A model generated the notes under the pieces. That model was not told the origin of the DNA, searched no databases, and saw nothing but the letters and a program-made list of their open reading frames with translations. Shown piece by piece: positions 25,823 to 40,153 of a stretch of 64,000 nt of DNA. Made by a program: the position numbers and the translations under genes. Location of the stretch: the NCBI RefSeq assembly GCF_006345805.1, contig NC_043004.1:4402001-4466000 (forward strand), written 5' to 3'. This DNA comes from Octopus sinensis (lineage: Eukaryota). The number at the start of each line of letters is the position of its first letter. Positions within the stretch are counted from its first letter, which is position 1.

Positions 25823-26300
25823 TTAACCCATTGCCTGACATGAGCCCCATTTGGGGATCTGCTGAAAACAGTCTCACAAGTGAATTGCTCATGTAAATTG
25901 CATTTGCAGAGGTGTGTTTAACAATATCCAGTAGTTAAAGTTTGTCATTATCAGTTCTGGCTAATTCTAGAGGACAATTTATGTTGTTAATCACAATATT
26001 GACTGTTTTGAAAAGGTTTTTTTTTTTGCATTCCCATTAATACCATTCATTGATATTTCATACACAATTGCATTTGATACTAGTTTGAAAAAAATAACTG
26101 AAATGTTTATTATTGCAATTGAACAGAAAAGGATAAATATGCTTTTTCAGCAATTTCCATTTGGGACATTTTGAAAAAGTTATAATTTCCAAAATAATTC
26201 ACATATGAAGAAAATTTTAATCTATTTACTATTTTGTCTCCTAAAACACCTGGCAAAGCCAAAAAACATGAATGAAAAAATTTGGCAGTTAATGGGTTAA
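25823..26300. mobile_element. piggyBac-type non-autonomous element
   Basis: ttaacccatt...aatgggttaa ends. Confidence 0.6.
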
Positions 26301-26532
26301 GCAAGGTAATATTGGCCCAACATGTTTTTTATGAAAGACTGAAAATGATCAGTCTGTGTAACAGTGATGCTTGTTTAAAACCATATCTGGAAAGTATTAA
26401 CTTCCTTAGAAATAAGTGAGGGTAGGTGACAAGAATGGCATCTAACCATACAAAAATCTATCACAACAAATTCTGTCTGACTCATGCAAACATGGAAAGG
26501 CAGATGTTCAATGACCATTCAACAAACTCCTT

Positions 26533-26832
26533 GTTTGTTCCTTCTCGAGCCACGTCTGGCTCATAAGGGCCGGTTTCCCGGCTTCCTTGGCGTATAGGTT
26601 CCTCACCTGGACGGGACACCGGTCCGTCGCAGGTGAGCTGCAAGATACAAGAGGAAAGAACGAGAGAAAGTTGTGGTGAAAGAGTCAGCAGAAGTTCGCC
26701 ATTACATTCTGTCGGAGCCGCGTGGAGCTTAGGTGTTTCGCTCATAAACACACACATCGCCCGGTCTGAGGTTCGAACTCGCGATCCCTCGACTGCGAGT
26801 CCGCTGCACTAACCACTAGGCCATGTGCCTCC
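26533..26832 (-). mobile_element. Young tRNA-SINE family B copy
   Basis: CpG-rich. TSD acaaactcctt at 26522-26532 and 26833-26843. Confidence 0.85.
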
Positions 26833-27044
26833 ACAAACTCCTTATTCTGACTGAATTCTGTATGAAGAGATGGAAGGGGAGCTTTGAGTTCCATTTAAAT
26901 AACTAAAACACAGCTGAGCAGTATTGCCCTCTGCCTCTTGGTTCAGCACTGGATTAACCATTAAGCAAATTAAGCACATGCTTAGGGCATCAAAAGAAGG
27001 AAGGAGCACCACAGAAATGGTAAATGGTTTACAGAACAAAAGAA

Positions 27045-27370
27045 ATCACTTTTAAACTTGCTAAAATAATATTCGGAATGCCTTTATCACTACTAAGTAT
27101 AGACGCAGATGTGTTACTTAAGATTAATTTTGAAGATCTGATCAAAGATTTTGCAATTCAAAAAAGTAGGAGGAAGCTTTTCAAATATAAATAAAGTGGA
27201 AGCATACAAAAATAAACATTATTTTCCCTCTTGCTGTTTTGTTTTGTTTTGAAAAATAAAAATTCATTTTATGGTTTGTTATTGTTTATATTTTGAATGA
27301 TATAATCTTTTATGGGGGTACCAAGATCTTTTAAGTGCTGAGGGCCTCGATGGCTCTTCATCCGGCCCTG
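27045..27370 (+). mobile_element. hAT transposon 3' end
   Basis: Dimerisation-domain tail LSLLSIDADVLLKINFEDLIKDFAIQKSRRKLFKYK*, ending in the TIR ccggccctg. Confidence 0.7.
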
Positions 27371-29489
27371 CCTTGGTCCAATAAGCTGGTGAAAATGAGC
27401 AAGTGGCTAAAACTTTACATGTTGCAAGAGGGTTGCTACACATCCATACATATACACACACATATGTATGTGTATGTAAGAAACTGTGTTCAGAGCAAGA
27501 GAGATCACTAAAAGCAATGTCTTGAACAAAACACAATAGAAGTGAACATTTAGCGGAAGAGTGTTCAAAAGGAGATAGACAGAAACTATGAGGGGGGTGC
27601 CAAAAAGTTCCTGGCTTTAAGGGTATCACAAAAGGCTTGGTTGGAAGCCCAACTTACCGAGTTCTTTTACAGGGCTTAGAAAAACTACAGGACCACTGTA
27701 ATATGTGTGTGAATCTGAGAGGGAAACATGTTGAATAAAATCATAATCAACTGATCCTCCTGTATTTTCAGCACCCCCTCATATACTGAAGTCCATTCAT
27801 TCAGATAGATTGTACCTGTTCTATCAAGTAGATGAATACCACAATATGGCCATTAAACATCCCAAGTGAAGTCCATTTTGTTACTAGTATTTAGACTGTA
27901 TCGTTCTCATAACTTATCCTGCAACTGAACAATGGCTGAATGTCAGTGCAATTGATGAACCTGCCAAAAACAGCATCAAATCTCCCTCAAATCATCTTAC
28001 CCAACCATCTCAAAAAAGAGAGAACACATTGAGATAAGTGGTCCTTATATATTGTGTCTGCAAAAGAGGTAGGATGACCACAGCTTGGACACCTTTAATC
28101 AAAGGTTTGTTCAATCATAGCTAAACTACTGCTGACCCATCATAATCACCTCAAATGTGGGTGGTGGTTTGTTTAAATTTACTCGCTGAAACAAGTCACA
28201 AAGATCTGTATTGCCCAATACATACAGCGAACAATTAATACATTTAATTTTGCTGTTGCTTAGCCTCAAGCCAACACTGATCACATAGACCTATGATCAA
28301 AAGCCTTCCAGCTGTGGCCATCCAATATTTTATCCAGGTACTGATCACAAGCATCTTTGTCCATGAAGATGTGTTCACAACATTTAAATATTTTTGAACT
28401 TATAAAGTTTTGCATTTTTGCATGGTATAAATGAAGCCAACATAAGTTGTGCGGTGCAATTAGTCAGCCATTTAGACAAAGTCCCATCTCCAACCAACAC
28501 CTAAAGATTATTTATAGACAGAAATGATGATTAAGCGTCTCTGTACATTTATTTTGTGTTTAAAAAGTAAGATCTAACATCGTTCACATCTTTCTTATCT
28601 ATGACTGCTGTTTCTAACTTGCCATGCAACCACAGAGCTTCCATCACTTGTTTGATAACATTAGTTTGATGATTACTGTTCTCAGGATAGTCTTGACCAA
28701 GCAGACGTATGAGCAAAGACATCCCATGGCCATTCAATCCTTTTCTCAAATATTACATATATAGGACTGTATTATCAAATGTACCTCTCCTTTTTCAACA
28801 CAAAAGGATGTACTTCAAGCAAAATTTGGTTGCTACCTCTAGCATGCCAAGCGAGGAAATAGAAACTCCGTCATGATGGCGGGAACAGAGATGTTAGTGG
28901 TAGGCGCTAGCATCAATAATGATAATGGGATAGTGACAGTGATGGCAATAACGATGATGATGATGCCAAAGTTAAAAATGATTGTTGCGCTGATAAATGT
29001 TGATGTTATTGTTTAGTTTCAGGTTAGTCTTGATCGAGCAGACCCATAACTGAAACTGCTCCACCCAAGAGCAACCATTTTTTTTTTTAGCCAATGTATC
29101 CTTCCCCCTTCAAAATGCTGGGTTGGTGATTTGACAGCTATTCCTAGGTGGTATAGCAACCATGTAGGTGCAATACCATCTAAGAATAGCTGTAGTGGCG
29201 ATGTCGGAAGCAATAGTAACAAGCAATGACAATAGTAATAATAATGATGATAATGTAGTAGATTTTGGTGGTGGTGATGACAAGAATAGTAACCGAGACA
29301 GTGAGGCGACGACGATGATGATGATCGTAATGAAGCCATAGATATTGTTCAACAATTAATTGCAAAATACCAAAATGTCGAATGCATCAATTAGATATCG
29401 ATATATTTAGATAGCTCTCTCTCTCACTTTACCAACACAAAGCATTGTATTACTGACATAGAAAAAAGAAAGAAAAAAAGAATGCCGTT

Positions 29490-31320
29490 CTAATTGTATG
29501 TGCGAAGGAGGGGCGGGGTGATTGAGAATTCCATGCCGAATAAATTACAAGCAACAAACAACGGAGATCGATCGCTCGATTAGAAAGAGGAAGTAAAGAA
29601 ACTGACAGAGAGGATTCCCGATCAGTAACGTTTGCCGGAGCGTCAGCCAATCTCTTGTGTTTTGCTTACTTGGCAGTATCATCACGCGACCCCTGCCCAA
29701 ATTACTGGTCTGCAACAGATACAAACATTCAGACAGAACGTCGTACACATACACATGTGTGTGTGTATATCTATATATATATATATATATATATATATAA
29801 CAACAATATAATAAATAAAACATATGCATATATACATACATACATGTACATACTTACATCTATATGTATATATATACATGCATATATGAGTACAGGACAC
29901 CACAAATAAACGCAGAACACAACGAGAAACGAAAACATAAAATCAAACAAGGAAACGGACTTTTTTTTAACAACGAAAAAACAGAGTACAGGACAAACAA
30001 TACAAGGAAAATTCCCCATCATCAGCTATATATATATATATATATATATAGTCACACACACAGGTACTTGGTCAAATAGGGGAACGAAAGTATAGTCAGA
30101 CGGACACATAGGCAAATAATTAAACAAATAAATCAAGCAAACAAACGGATATATATAAAGTTATGTAGATAGTTATAAGGGGACTGTGAGTTCATAAGCA
30201 GTGATATATAAACAGATATACCCCTTTTCTGTCAACAGAGATACGAACATATATTAAAGATATACGTTTGTGTACTGGGGCACGCACGTTAGTACAAGTC
30301 TATACATGCATGTATTAGTAATGTCTACCCAAAACAAAATGAGATATCCTCTAATAAATCTACATTCAATATTCACACTAACATGCACTTCTATGTATAC
30401 AGCACCAAGGAAGCAGCCAGTGTGAGCTTTGTAACCCTTAATAAAGGAGTTTAAAACTAAAAACAAAAGCCCTAAATTTAAAAGTTGGCTATTTTGTCCA
30501 ATTATAATTATTTTTAAAGGATCCAAAAGTTTAACAGAAAGAGTTCTACACACATAAATCGGGCTAACATGGGAGATGAGGCACACACACTGGTTGCCAT
30601 TGGCTTGCTAGGTTTTTATTAAACAGACGAATAATAATAATTACTTTCTAGTTAATTTGAAGGACCAACAGAGCATCCAAAAGTTGATGGCTTGATTGCA
30701 TCATTGCCAAAAATATTATTTGGCGGTTCGGTTCGAAATCACGATGTCATCAAACAAGCAATTGATGCATATATAATTCCTTTCCCTCCAAACGTTATCC
30801 AAATTTGGGCGGGGTTAACCTCAGTCTTAAAACATCATTGTGTTGTCTGTCATAATCTAGAATGAGTGTTTACCTAGGTCATCGCCGTTTTCAGCGTAAC
30901 AAAAACCCTTACCCTAAATCCTAACACCCGGGTGTGCGTTTTCTTTACTTTCGTCGCCATTGCCGAGAATAAGTTCATCCTTAACTCTCTAAGTGTCTTT
31001 GATTAGAACGGGTGTTTACTTAGCTCCTTCAATCCTAAAGACATTGGGTATTTTCCATGCTTCCTAAGAAGGAACTGCAAAATGACCTAACCTCAGTCAG
31101 CTTCTGCCCCACACACAACTAACGTACATCGATCAGCTGACATGGATGGCGGTGGTATACGATATGAATATAATGGCTCCATTTTTAAAACTCGATAATT
31201 TACCTGCTAGCCGACGTGTTTAAAACAATTTGAAGGAAAACCCGGGAAAATGATAGCTTAGACGTGGTAGATTATGTAGCGAATTTGAATTGGGGTAACC
31301 TTCGTTTATAAACCCTGATT
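29490..31320. promoter_or_regulatory. CpG-retaining unique region, possible promoter/5' region
   Basis: Locally high CpG without recognisable repeats; GC box ggggcgggg, CCAAT motif and atggcgg motif. Confidence 0.35.
29670..29709 (-). other. Candidate 40-nt (5'UTR or first coding) exon
   Basis: Acceptor tttgtatctgttgcag and donor gtaagc, in CpG-retaining unique DNA. Confidence 0.35.
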
Positions 31321-32595
31321 TCGTTTGAAATAATGAACATAAAAACAAAGCTGGGGAGAACATTCACTTATATATAATTGTTAAGCACAAGTGATATATT
31401 TCCTTTAAACGCACATTCATAATATTATGTAAATTTGTTTTATGGTCTGAAGCTTAATTTAAAAGTGTTATTTGTGCAATATTTTTGTTTGACAGCATAA
31501 AGAGGAGTTACAATACACAATAAAATGTTTATCTTTAAAAATCCCAATTAGATTTAATAGGGATGGTTAACATTGCGATGACTATAATACATTAGTAATA
31601 ATCTGATTCGTTCAATCGATCTTATTATGAGGGAAAATAATAATTAAACTCAATTATTGTTGATGAGTTTAATGCCTCGAAAAGGGAAATGGAATGGCAA
31701 GTCTGTTAATTAGCGTTTGACAAAAATGAAATCTGTCCATTTACTGTTGCCACTCAAATTTGATTGTAGTAATTTGTTTAATTATGGTAATTTGTTTTAA
31801 TTCAAACTATATTGAATCTAAGAAGTATTCCGAACATTGGCTCAACTTTAAAACACTCAGCCATCCACGAAAGTTGAAAGCATTATAATACTACAATAAC
31901 AAATCATTTAGAGAAGGGCCTGTAACAAATTCCACTTGGTTAATCCGACACTGAATGTATACACATACGCACTTAAAAAGCCAACACAAACGCATACCAA
32001 AGCAAAGTACACGCCAGTATCAGCAACACATATACTTAACATCGAGATATACATATAAAGCAATCATAGTTACATATACAGAAGTAATCAAAGTACACAC
32101 TCAACAACATGAACGCACACACAAACCCAACAATAACACCAAATACATATCAATCAAAATACACAACATGTTATACATTTCATTGTTGCTCGACCTGCTG
32201 GAATGTACAGCCAACTCTTCCTCAAGCCACAACTTACCGTTTCAATAAAAGAACGCTTTGATCAATGTAGTTCTCGATGTACCTCAAAGACGGGATGACC
32301 ACACTGGAACAGTTCGATCAAGCCTGGCCGGAACTTGTGAACAACACAGAAACATCACCGCTTACATAAACCAATGGATGGAAAACACACACACACATTA
32401 ACCTAAATACATATACACAATACATGACAGATGATACAAAGAGGAAAAAAATGTTAGACAGTCAAAACCATCACTTAGTTTGTCTAGTCTACATCCTAAA
32501 TAAGAAACTACCACCCTACAAGACATATGTGTGTGTGTATGTATGTATGTATGTGTGTGTGTTGTAGATCACATAAAATTGTGAGTGTAGTTTAC

Positions 32596-32660
32596 CTTTA
32601 AACAAGCTCAGAAGACCAACTGCCATCGACGAAGGGACGTAGTGTGTAATATCCACAACA
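32596..32660 (-). other. Candidate 65-nt exon
   Basis: Acceptor ctttcgttctacttggcag and donor AAG|gtaaac. One frame is open (VVDITHYVPSSMAVGLLSLFK). Confidence 0.35.
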
Positions 32661-33378
32661 CTGCCAAGTAGAACGAAAGCTAAGCAAATATATATGTCTG
32701 TATATAAAGAGGTGTGTGTGTGTTAAGCTTAATAAAAAAAAGCGGAGCACATAAGTGACGACAGTTTCACACCATCATCGACATCATTATCTTTAATAGC
32801 CTACCTCTCTTTCAGTCAGCCGCAGATACACACACAGATGTATTTTTCGTACTCTCTGTAATTCTATTTAAACACTGTAATTGAACAAATGACAATAATA
32901 AACATAGTAATAAAACACAAAAAGAAACATATATATATATATTTTATTCACTTGTGCTTTACTTTCCGAACGCTGAATTAGTAAGATTCGAACACGAAGC
33001 TAAATTATGCTAGCTGTCAGACTCTGGCGTTTGGGAAATGATGATGTTCAAAATGTAATTAAGATTGCCAAGATTATTTGTCTCATGTTTATTTTATTAA
33101 CCTTAGGGTTATTTTGGATATTGCTATATAAAATATTTGAGTTGAAGTGAATGTGTTTAATTCTTTGAATCTATTTCTTAAGTGGGATTGGTAACTAGTT
33201 TTCAGTTGATGTTGGCTGATGTAGAATGAAAATACCGCAGGGGACCATACTAAATCGAAAAACCATACATAATACAGTGACTTACATAATACAGTCATTT
33301 GAAAAAACCGACAGGGCAGGCATATGTTCGGTTAATATTTACATCTTGACTCGGAAGATGTAAACATTAACCATATAT

Positions 33379-33793
33379 ATTTCTTTACTACCCACAAGGG
33401 GCTACACACAGAGGGGACAAACAAGGACAGACAAACAGATTAAGTCGATTATATCGACCCCAGAGCGTAACTGGTACTTAATTTATCGACCCCGAAAGAA
33501 TGAAAGGCAAAGTCGACCTCGGCGGAATCTGAACTCAGAACGTAACGGCAGACGAAATACCTATTTCTTTATTACCCACAAGGAGCTAAACACAGAGGGG
33601 ACAAACAAGGACAGACAAACAGATTAAGTCGATTATATCGACCCCAGAGCGTAACTGGTACTTAATTTATCGACCCCGAAAGGATGAAAGGCAAAGTCGA
33701 CCTCGGCGGAATTTGAACTCACAACGTAACGGCAGACGAAATACCGCCAAGCATTTCGCCCGGCGCGCTAACGTTTCTGCCAGCTCGCCGCCT
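33379..33793 (-). mobile_element. Tandem dimer of tRNA-SINE family C inside one TSD
   Basis: Full copy plus a repeated 3' ~185 bp. TSD taaacattaaccatatat at 33361-33378 and 33794-33811. Confidence 0.85.
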
Positions 33794-35469
33794 TAAACAT
33801 TAACCATATATTCAAAGATATACCAGTTGTAACCATGCTGGTTTTCACGGAGTTTTAGAGTAGCTGTCCACCGAAGTTCCATATAATATGGGAAAGAAAA
33901 AGGAGGACACAAAAATATTTAAAAAATTGAAAGTTCCGGAAACTTTTTTCATTTTATTAATCTTCTTATTTTTCCCTAGATCTTTATTACCGTTATATGA
34001 AATATAGGAATACAACTAAAGGCATGAAGGAAAAAAAACTACCCTTTACTTTTCCGGGGAGGTATGGGGTTTCGAGGGGCGGCTATTTCAAAACTCTACC
34101 TTGATTTTTATAGTTGTCTAAGATTGCTTTATCTAATGTTTACTTTATTTATTTTTAAGATGGTAGGACATAATTTGGATTTTTTTTTTTGTCGAATGAC
34201 CATATAAAAACTTCCCTCATTGGCGCAATACACAGACATAATCAGTTAAAATCCGTAAACGAAGGAGACACTAAGCTGCACAGTAAAAGCTGCTATCTTC
34301 ATAGTTCGTCTTGAACTTCTGTAAGTTGATATTTGCTGGGAAAACATGGATTGGGTGTTTGGCTTCTTAGCCCTATCTGCCATCACATGGGTGGGTGCCT
34401 GTATATAGTTACTTGAGCTGTTCAGAGAGGATCCAAATCCCCCCAACTCTTTAAAAAAGAACACATCGTAGTCCTAGATACTCTGTGTCTTAAAAAAAAA
34501 GATTTTGAGGTAAACATCTGGAACAGTTTTAATCACAGATGTACTCAATCGGGATTTATCTGGGGTTCCTAGAGGGTTGAGAAGCAAAGATGACCTCAGC
34601 GGGATTTGAACTCAGGACATAAAGAGCCGGAATACTAAAAAGCGTTTTTCCTAACACTCTAAAGATTCTGCCATTCCACTCCGTGCCTTCACCATCAGAA
34701 CTTAACTGATATTTATTTTCATTTATGTTGGAGGAAAAGGAATTCAGAACATAAAGAGCTAGCATAAATAGCGCCAAAGCAATTCTTTCAATGATCTAAT
34801 CATCCTGCCAGCTCACCACGTGACTGGGATTTCTTATTTAGGGCCAAGGCTAGTAATTTTTAGGGGTAAGGTGTTGGGTGATTACATCAATCCCGGCAAC
34901 TTGACTGGTATTTTAATTTATCAGCCATGGAAGAATAAAATAAAAAGTTGACTCTGATGGGAAAGCCTGTATAGGAGAGGCTTCCTTAATGTGACGACAA
35001 ACATATTAGGCACAGCCATGAATATATGACATCAAAGCAACAGGAGGCTTTTTTAAAGCCAGACTGAATAACAATATATGCTCTTTTAGAACCCAGGGAA
35101 AGTACAATTCCATGACTAGCTACTTATGAGTGGTGATTAAAAGAGAGCAGAATATCATATAGCACTAAAACTAAAGGTTGCAGAAAATATCTAGGTTATA
35201 TTGTAATGGCCGAAGGAGATCATTTTATAGAACTCGTGATACAGATATGTTTCTGAGCTTGAAAAGCAAGATTTTTGGTTATTGCCCTTATTTGCATAAA
35301 TCTATTTTGGTGACAGTAGTGTCTCACATAGAGCTGAGGAACAATACATACATAAGCTATGCAATTTATGCAATGCTACTACCATTCCTTGCGCTATTTC
35401 CAGTGCTAGTCCCTTGAAGGGTTCTCTATTCCTCCAACCTTCCAGTCCCTCCCACAAGTGCGATCACCC

Positions 35470-36182
35470 TGATTTTCGCATGATAGTCGCATTGACCACG
35501 ACAGAGAAAGTTGCCATGGAGATACCTACAGAAGTTGCAGAAAGTGTATGGAGAGGAATGTATGAGCCACACACAAGTGTACGAGTGGTTCAGACGTTTC
35601 CAAGATGGCTGAAAATATGTCAATATTGACGAATTATGGGAGACCCGCAACCAGCAGAACTGAGAAAAACATCACAGATGTGCTTGCAGCTGTGAGGGGA
35701 AATCGTCGAATCACCGTCCATGAGTTATCAGAGGATGTGCAGATTAATTATGGTTCAGTTCAGTCCATTATCACTGAAGATTTGGGTATGAGATGCATGT
35801 CTGCCAAGTTTGTGCTAAAACTGCTTTCAACTGACTAAAAAGACACTTGGGTTTCAGTTGCACAAGATCTCCTTGATTGTATCGAGAATGATGAAAACTT
35901 TTTGAAATTTTTTGTGGGCCTCTGAGCAGGTATCACCAAGCTTTTGGCAAAATTTGAGGCAGATTCTCTGCTCAACTTTCTCTGTCATGGTCAGTGTGAC
36001 GATCACATGTTACACACCTTCCTTCCAAGCACTACTGTAGACAGAAATGAGCTAGAACGTTAAAACTTTGTGCGCGTACACAGCCGAGTTCAAGGTTAAT
36101 CTGTGCCAAGCGGCTTCACTCTGTATGTTTTAGCTTTGTTACTGTAGCAACAGTCAGGATACTTATTGATCAGACCACATAT
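35470..36182. mobile_element. Two mariner 5' halves in inverted orientation
   Basis: Plus strand: QKVYGEECMSHTQVYEWFRRFQDG..RRITVHELSEDV..SAKFV. Minus strand 35910-36182: TIR tggtctgatcaataagtatcc followed by MTEKVEQRICLKFCQKLG. Confidence 0.7.
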
Positions 36183-36554
36183 ACACATATAATATATATT
36201 TCTTTACTATCCACAAGGGGCTAAACACAGAGGTGATGCTTATGTATATTTACATGTACCCTCAGAGGTACCGTTTAGAAGTGATCCGTATTACTGACGA
36301 TATTAGCATTCATTGCTATTGTTAACAATTTTGGTTCTATTATCATGTTCATTATTATTGGCTTTATTACTATTTTTATTATCTCTCAATCCTATGCATT
36401 TCCCTTTGTTTTTTTTCCTTGTTTTTTTCCACGCTTTGATAAGTAACACCAATCCATGGGAAATAACTCTTCTTGTTTTACCGTTTTTTCATTAGGTCTC
36501 CAACTAAAATTTTTTCCACTTAAATGTCTGGCAGGCATAAATGCATGCATACAT

Positions 36555-36619
<65 letters not shown>

Positions 36620-36944
36620 TACATACATACATACATACGAGTTGTACAAAAGTAATGTAGAAGTGAAAAAGTTACTCTGTTAACGCCTGTAATTTGAATG
36701 ACAAAAGTCATTCGAATTACACATGTTGGTAGTGTAATTCTTCTTGTTTTTCATTGCAGGCAAATAATGAGTTTCAAAAATAAGCACTATGCCATCAATG
36801 AGTTCCTGATGAAGGATGAGTGAAGGCTCTCAAATATCCACCGAAGGCTCCAGGCTCATTACAGAAATGACACCATAGGCAAGAGCAATAGATAGATGAA
36901 TTTTAAAGAAAAGAATCTTGCATTGAAGACAAAGAAGGAAACCA

Positions 36945-37400
36945 TCAGCTGTGACCACATTGAAACTCCGACGTCTGGCAGCTGACTTGGCAGACACCCA
37001 TAAAATTATCAACCATCTTACAAACAATAACTCTGAGCACCTTTTCAAACTCCACCCATCTAACACCCGTGGACATGTTTACAAAGTCAGAAAACAGCAT
37101 GGCTCCCATGACTTTAGGAAACATTTTTTCACACTAAGAGTTGCTGAAGCATGGAACAAACTGCCGGTATCAGTTGTTAGTTGTCGGAGCACTGCATCCT
37201 TCAAAACTTCCATGCTTTCTGAGATTCGCCAACACTACACCTGATTTCCTCCCCTCCATACACACACAAGCATGTATCTGACTCATACAATGTTCACTTT
37301 CCAGACATTTGTATATTACTGCATATACTTTATATGCACTTTCTGACAAGTTGTGATGCACCTGAGCACTGTATACAATAATTTCATTATTATTATTTTA
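36945..37400 (+). mobile_element. CR1-type LINE 3' end
   Basis: TLKLRRLAADL..TRGHVYKVRKQHGSHDFRKHFFTLRVAEAWNKLP, then a 3' UTR ending (att)n. Confidence 0.85.
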
Positions 37401-37897
37401 CAAGACTCACAAGCAAGTGGATAAACTGATTCATGTGGCCAGAAGAATTACAATCTGTGAGATTGCTGTGTTGTAGTCATAATGCAGATGGTGGAAGGCT
37501 TTGGGTATCAGAAAGTATGTGGAAAGTGAGTACCTTGGTAGCTGACATTTGATTTGAAGCAGAGAAAGATGCATGTCTGCTCTGATCTGTTGGAAGCATT
37601 TGAAGCCAATGATTTTTTTCTGATCTGGTGACAGGAGATAAAAGGTGATTGTAGTTTTATCATCTAGAAATAAAGGATCAGTCCATGATACGATGTCCCT
37701 TCTCTTCTTCAAGGCCTAACAAGTTCAAGAACCAGTGATCAACACAAAGGTTATGGTGACCGTTTTTGCAATGACAAGAGTATCACCCTCTTTGATTGTC
37801 TAGACTGTGACTGTGCTGTGAAGAAGCTGTGCAATGAGATACTAAAAAGTTTACAGATGGAAGAAACCAAACAGACATTGGAAAATAATCCACATTT

Positions 37898-38515
37898 GAG
37901 TGGCTGTTTGGTAAGTAACTTGCTTACCAACCACATGGTTCCGGGTTCATTCCCACTGTATGGCACCTTGGGCAAGTGTCTTCTTCTATACCCTCGGGCT
38001 GACCAAAGCCTTGTGAGTGGATTTGGTAGACGGAAACTGAAAGAAGCCCGTCTCTTATATATATGTATGTGTGTGTATATGTTTGTGTCTCTGTGTTTGT
38101 CTCCCCCTACCCAACATCGCTTGATAACTGATGGTGGTGTGTTTACGTCCCCGTAACTTAGCGGTTCGGCAAAAGAGACCGATAGAATAAGTACTAGGCT
38201 TCCGAAGAATAAGTCCTGGGGTCGATTTGCTCGACTAAAGGTGGTGCTCCAGCATGGCCGCAGTTACGGGGAACATAAACACACCAGCATCGGTTGCCAA
38301 GCGATGCTGAGGGGACAGACACACACACATACATACATACATACATATATACGATGGGCTTCTTTCCGTTTCCGTCTACCAATTCACTCACAAGGCTTTG
38401 GTCGACCCGAGGTTACAGTAGAAGACACTTGCCCAAGGTGCCACACATTGGGACAGAACCCGGAACCATGCAGTTCGTAAGCAAGCTACTTACCACATAA
38501 CCACTCCTACGCCTA
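37898..38515. mobile_element. Two family A SINEs fused tail-to-tail
   Basis: Plus copy 37898-38268 directly joined to a minus copy 38262-38515. Confidence 0.75.
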
Positions 38516-38517
38516 TG

Positions 38518-38578
<61 letters not shown>

Positions 38579-39118
38579 TATATATATATTATATATATAT
38601 ATATACATACATACATACATACATACATACATACAGAGAGATAAATAGATATACATAATATACACAAATATATTTATAAATATCTATAGAGACATATATA
38701 TGCATTACACACACACATAACAAATGATAGAGATGGAAAATGGAATACACAAGAAACTTTATTGTTTACAATGATCGTTTTAAGCCATTTTGCTTCGATC
38801 CCTTGCAGGTGGGAGACTGTGCAACTGGTTGTGGTGCAGAAGCGTCTCGTCAGGTGATTTTACAAGGGGTATCTTGTTAAATATATATATACCCTGTTTC
38901 ACTCAGTTTTAATACAGCTTGTTGTTAGTGACCCTAGGTTTAAGTCGTTGGGCAGGAATGATGAGCGACAGATTCCGTTGTGATATTATAGACAGTTGTC
39001 TCTCTATGTCTATAGTTGTAAATCAAAGACAGGGAATAAATATTGACTGAAACAAGAATTAAAAGTTGTATGTGTGTGTGTGTGTGTGTGCGTGCGTGCG
39101 TGCGCGCGCGCGCGTGTG

Positions 39119-39151
<33 letters not shown>

Positions 39152-39363
39152 GCGCGTGTGTGTGTGTGTGTGTGTGTGTAGCAGGTGATGTTATGATTAA
39201 GTTGTTCAAACTCTGTGAGACAATGTAATAATTAACATGGAGAACAAAATATTGCCTAAGTTTTTTTTTTTATTCATTTATTTATTTATTGTAATTTTTC
39301 ATGTAGGGTCAGTATACAAAATTGTTATAGTAGCCAGTAGTTTAACAGTGATACAGGAAGAAT

Positions 39364-39502
39364 AACAATTACTGGTCCCCTTCCCCCAAAATTTCAGGCC
39401 TTGTGCCTTTAGTAGAAAGGATTAATTATTACTAAGTTTCAGTCTCTCTTAATCGAACAAATACGAAAAGCATGTGTGTGTGTATACATAAAAGATAGAG
39501 GG

Positions 39503-39559
<57 letters not shown>

Positions 39560-40112
39560 CGTGTGTGTAAGAAATCGGTAATTGTTTCCTGGAGTCTTAG
39601 CCAGGAATTGAAACCTTAGCCTAGATTTTCCTATGAAATTTCCCCCCCACTTCCGTTTTTGGCATTAGCACTAGGAAACTTATGGTAAGATGTGTCTATC
39701 GGATACACCTGCTTGTTAGAAAGCGAATGGCGTGTGGAAACAAAAAAACTACTGTGATTTTATTAAAACCACAAAGATTAAACAAAGTGGGGACAATACA
39801 AGGGGTCAATGGAGTCGTGACTTATCGAACGATATTACATGAATAAATGTATTATAATTGACTGCTAATTCTTTCTGAGGGCTCGTATTTATAACATATT
39901 GAAAAGACGAATGTATGTCGTAGAATAAAGGAAAGTACTAATCTTATCTGTGATAACCTCCAGTTGACCGTAAGTGTGACAAGGGACCTCATAAATTTCC
40001 TAGTGCTAATGCCAAAAACGGGGAGGGGTGGAATTTCATAGGAAAATCTAGGCTAAGGTTTCGATTCCTGGCTAAGACTCCAGGAAACAATTACCGATTT
40101 CTCACACACACA

Positions 40113-40153
<41 letters not shown>

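Noticed and set aside
28549-28749. ORF ..GQDYPENSNHQTNVIKQVMEALWLHGK..
   Set aside because: No recognised homology and no convincing splice sites; left unannotated.
29450-29650. ORF MADAPANVTD.. as a first coding exon
   Set aside because: It starts at TTG within a CCAAT-like motif, has no donor, and runs into low-complexity sequence.
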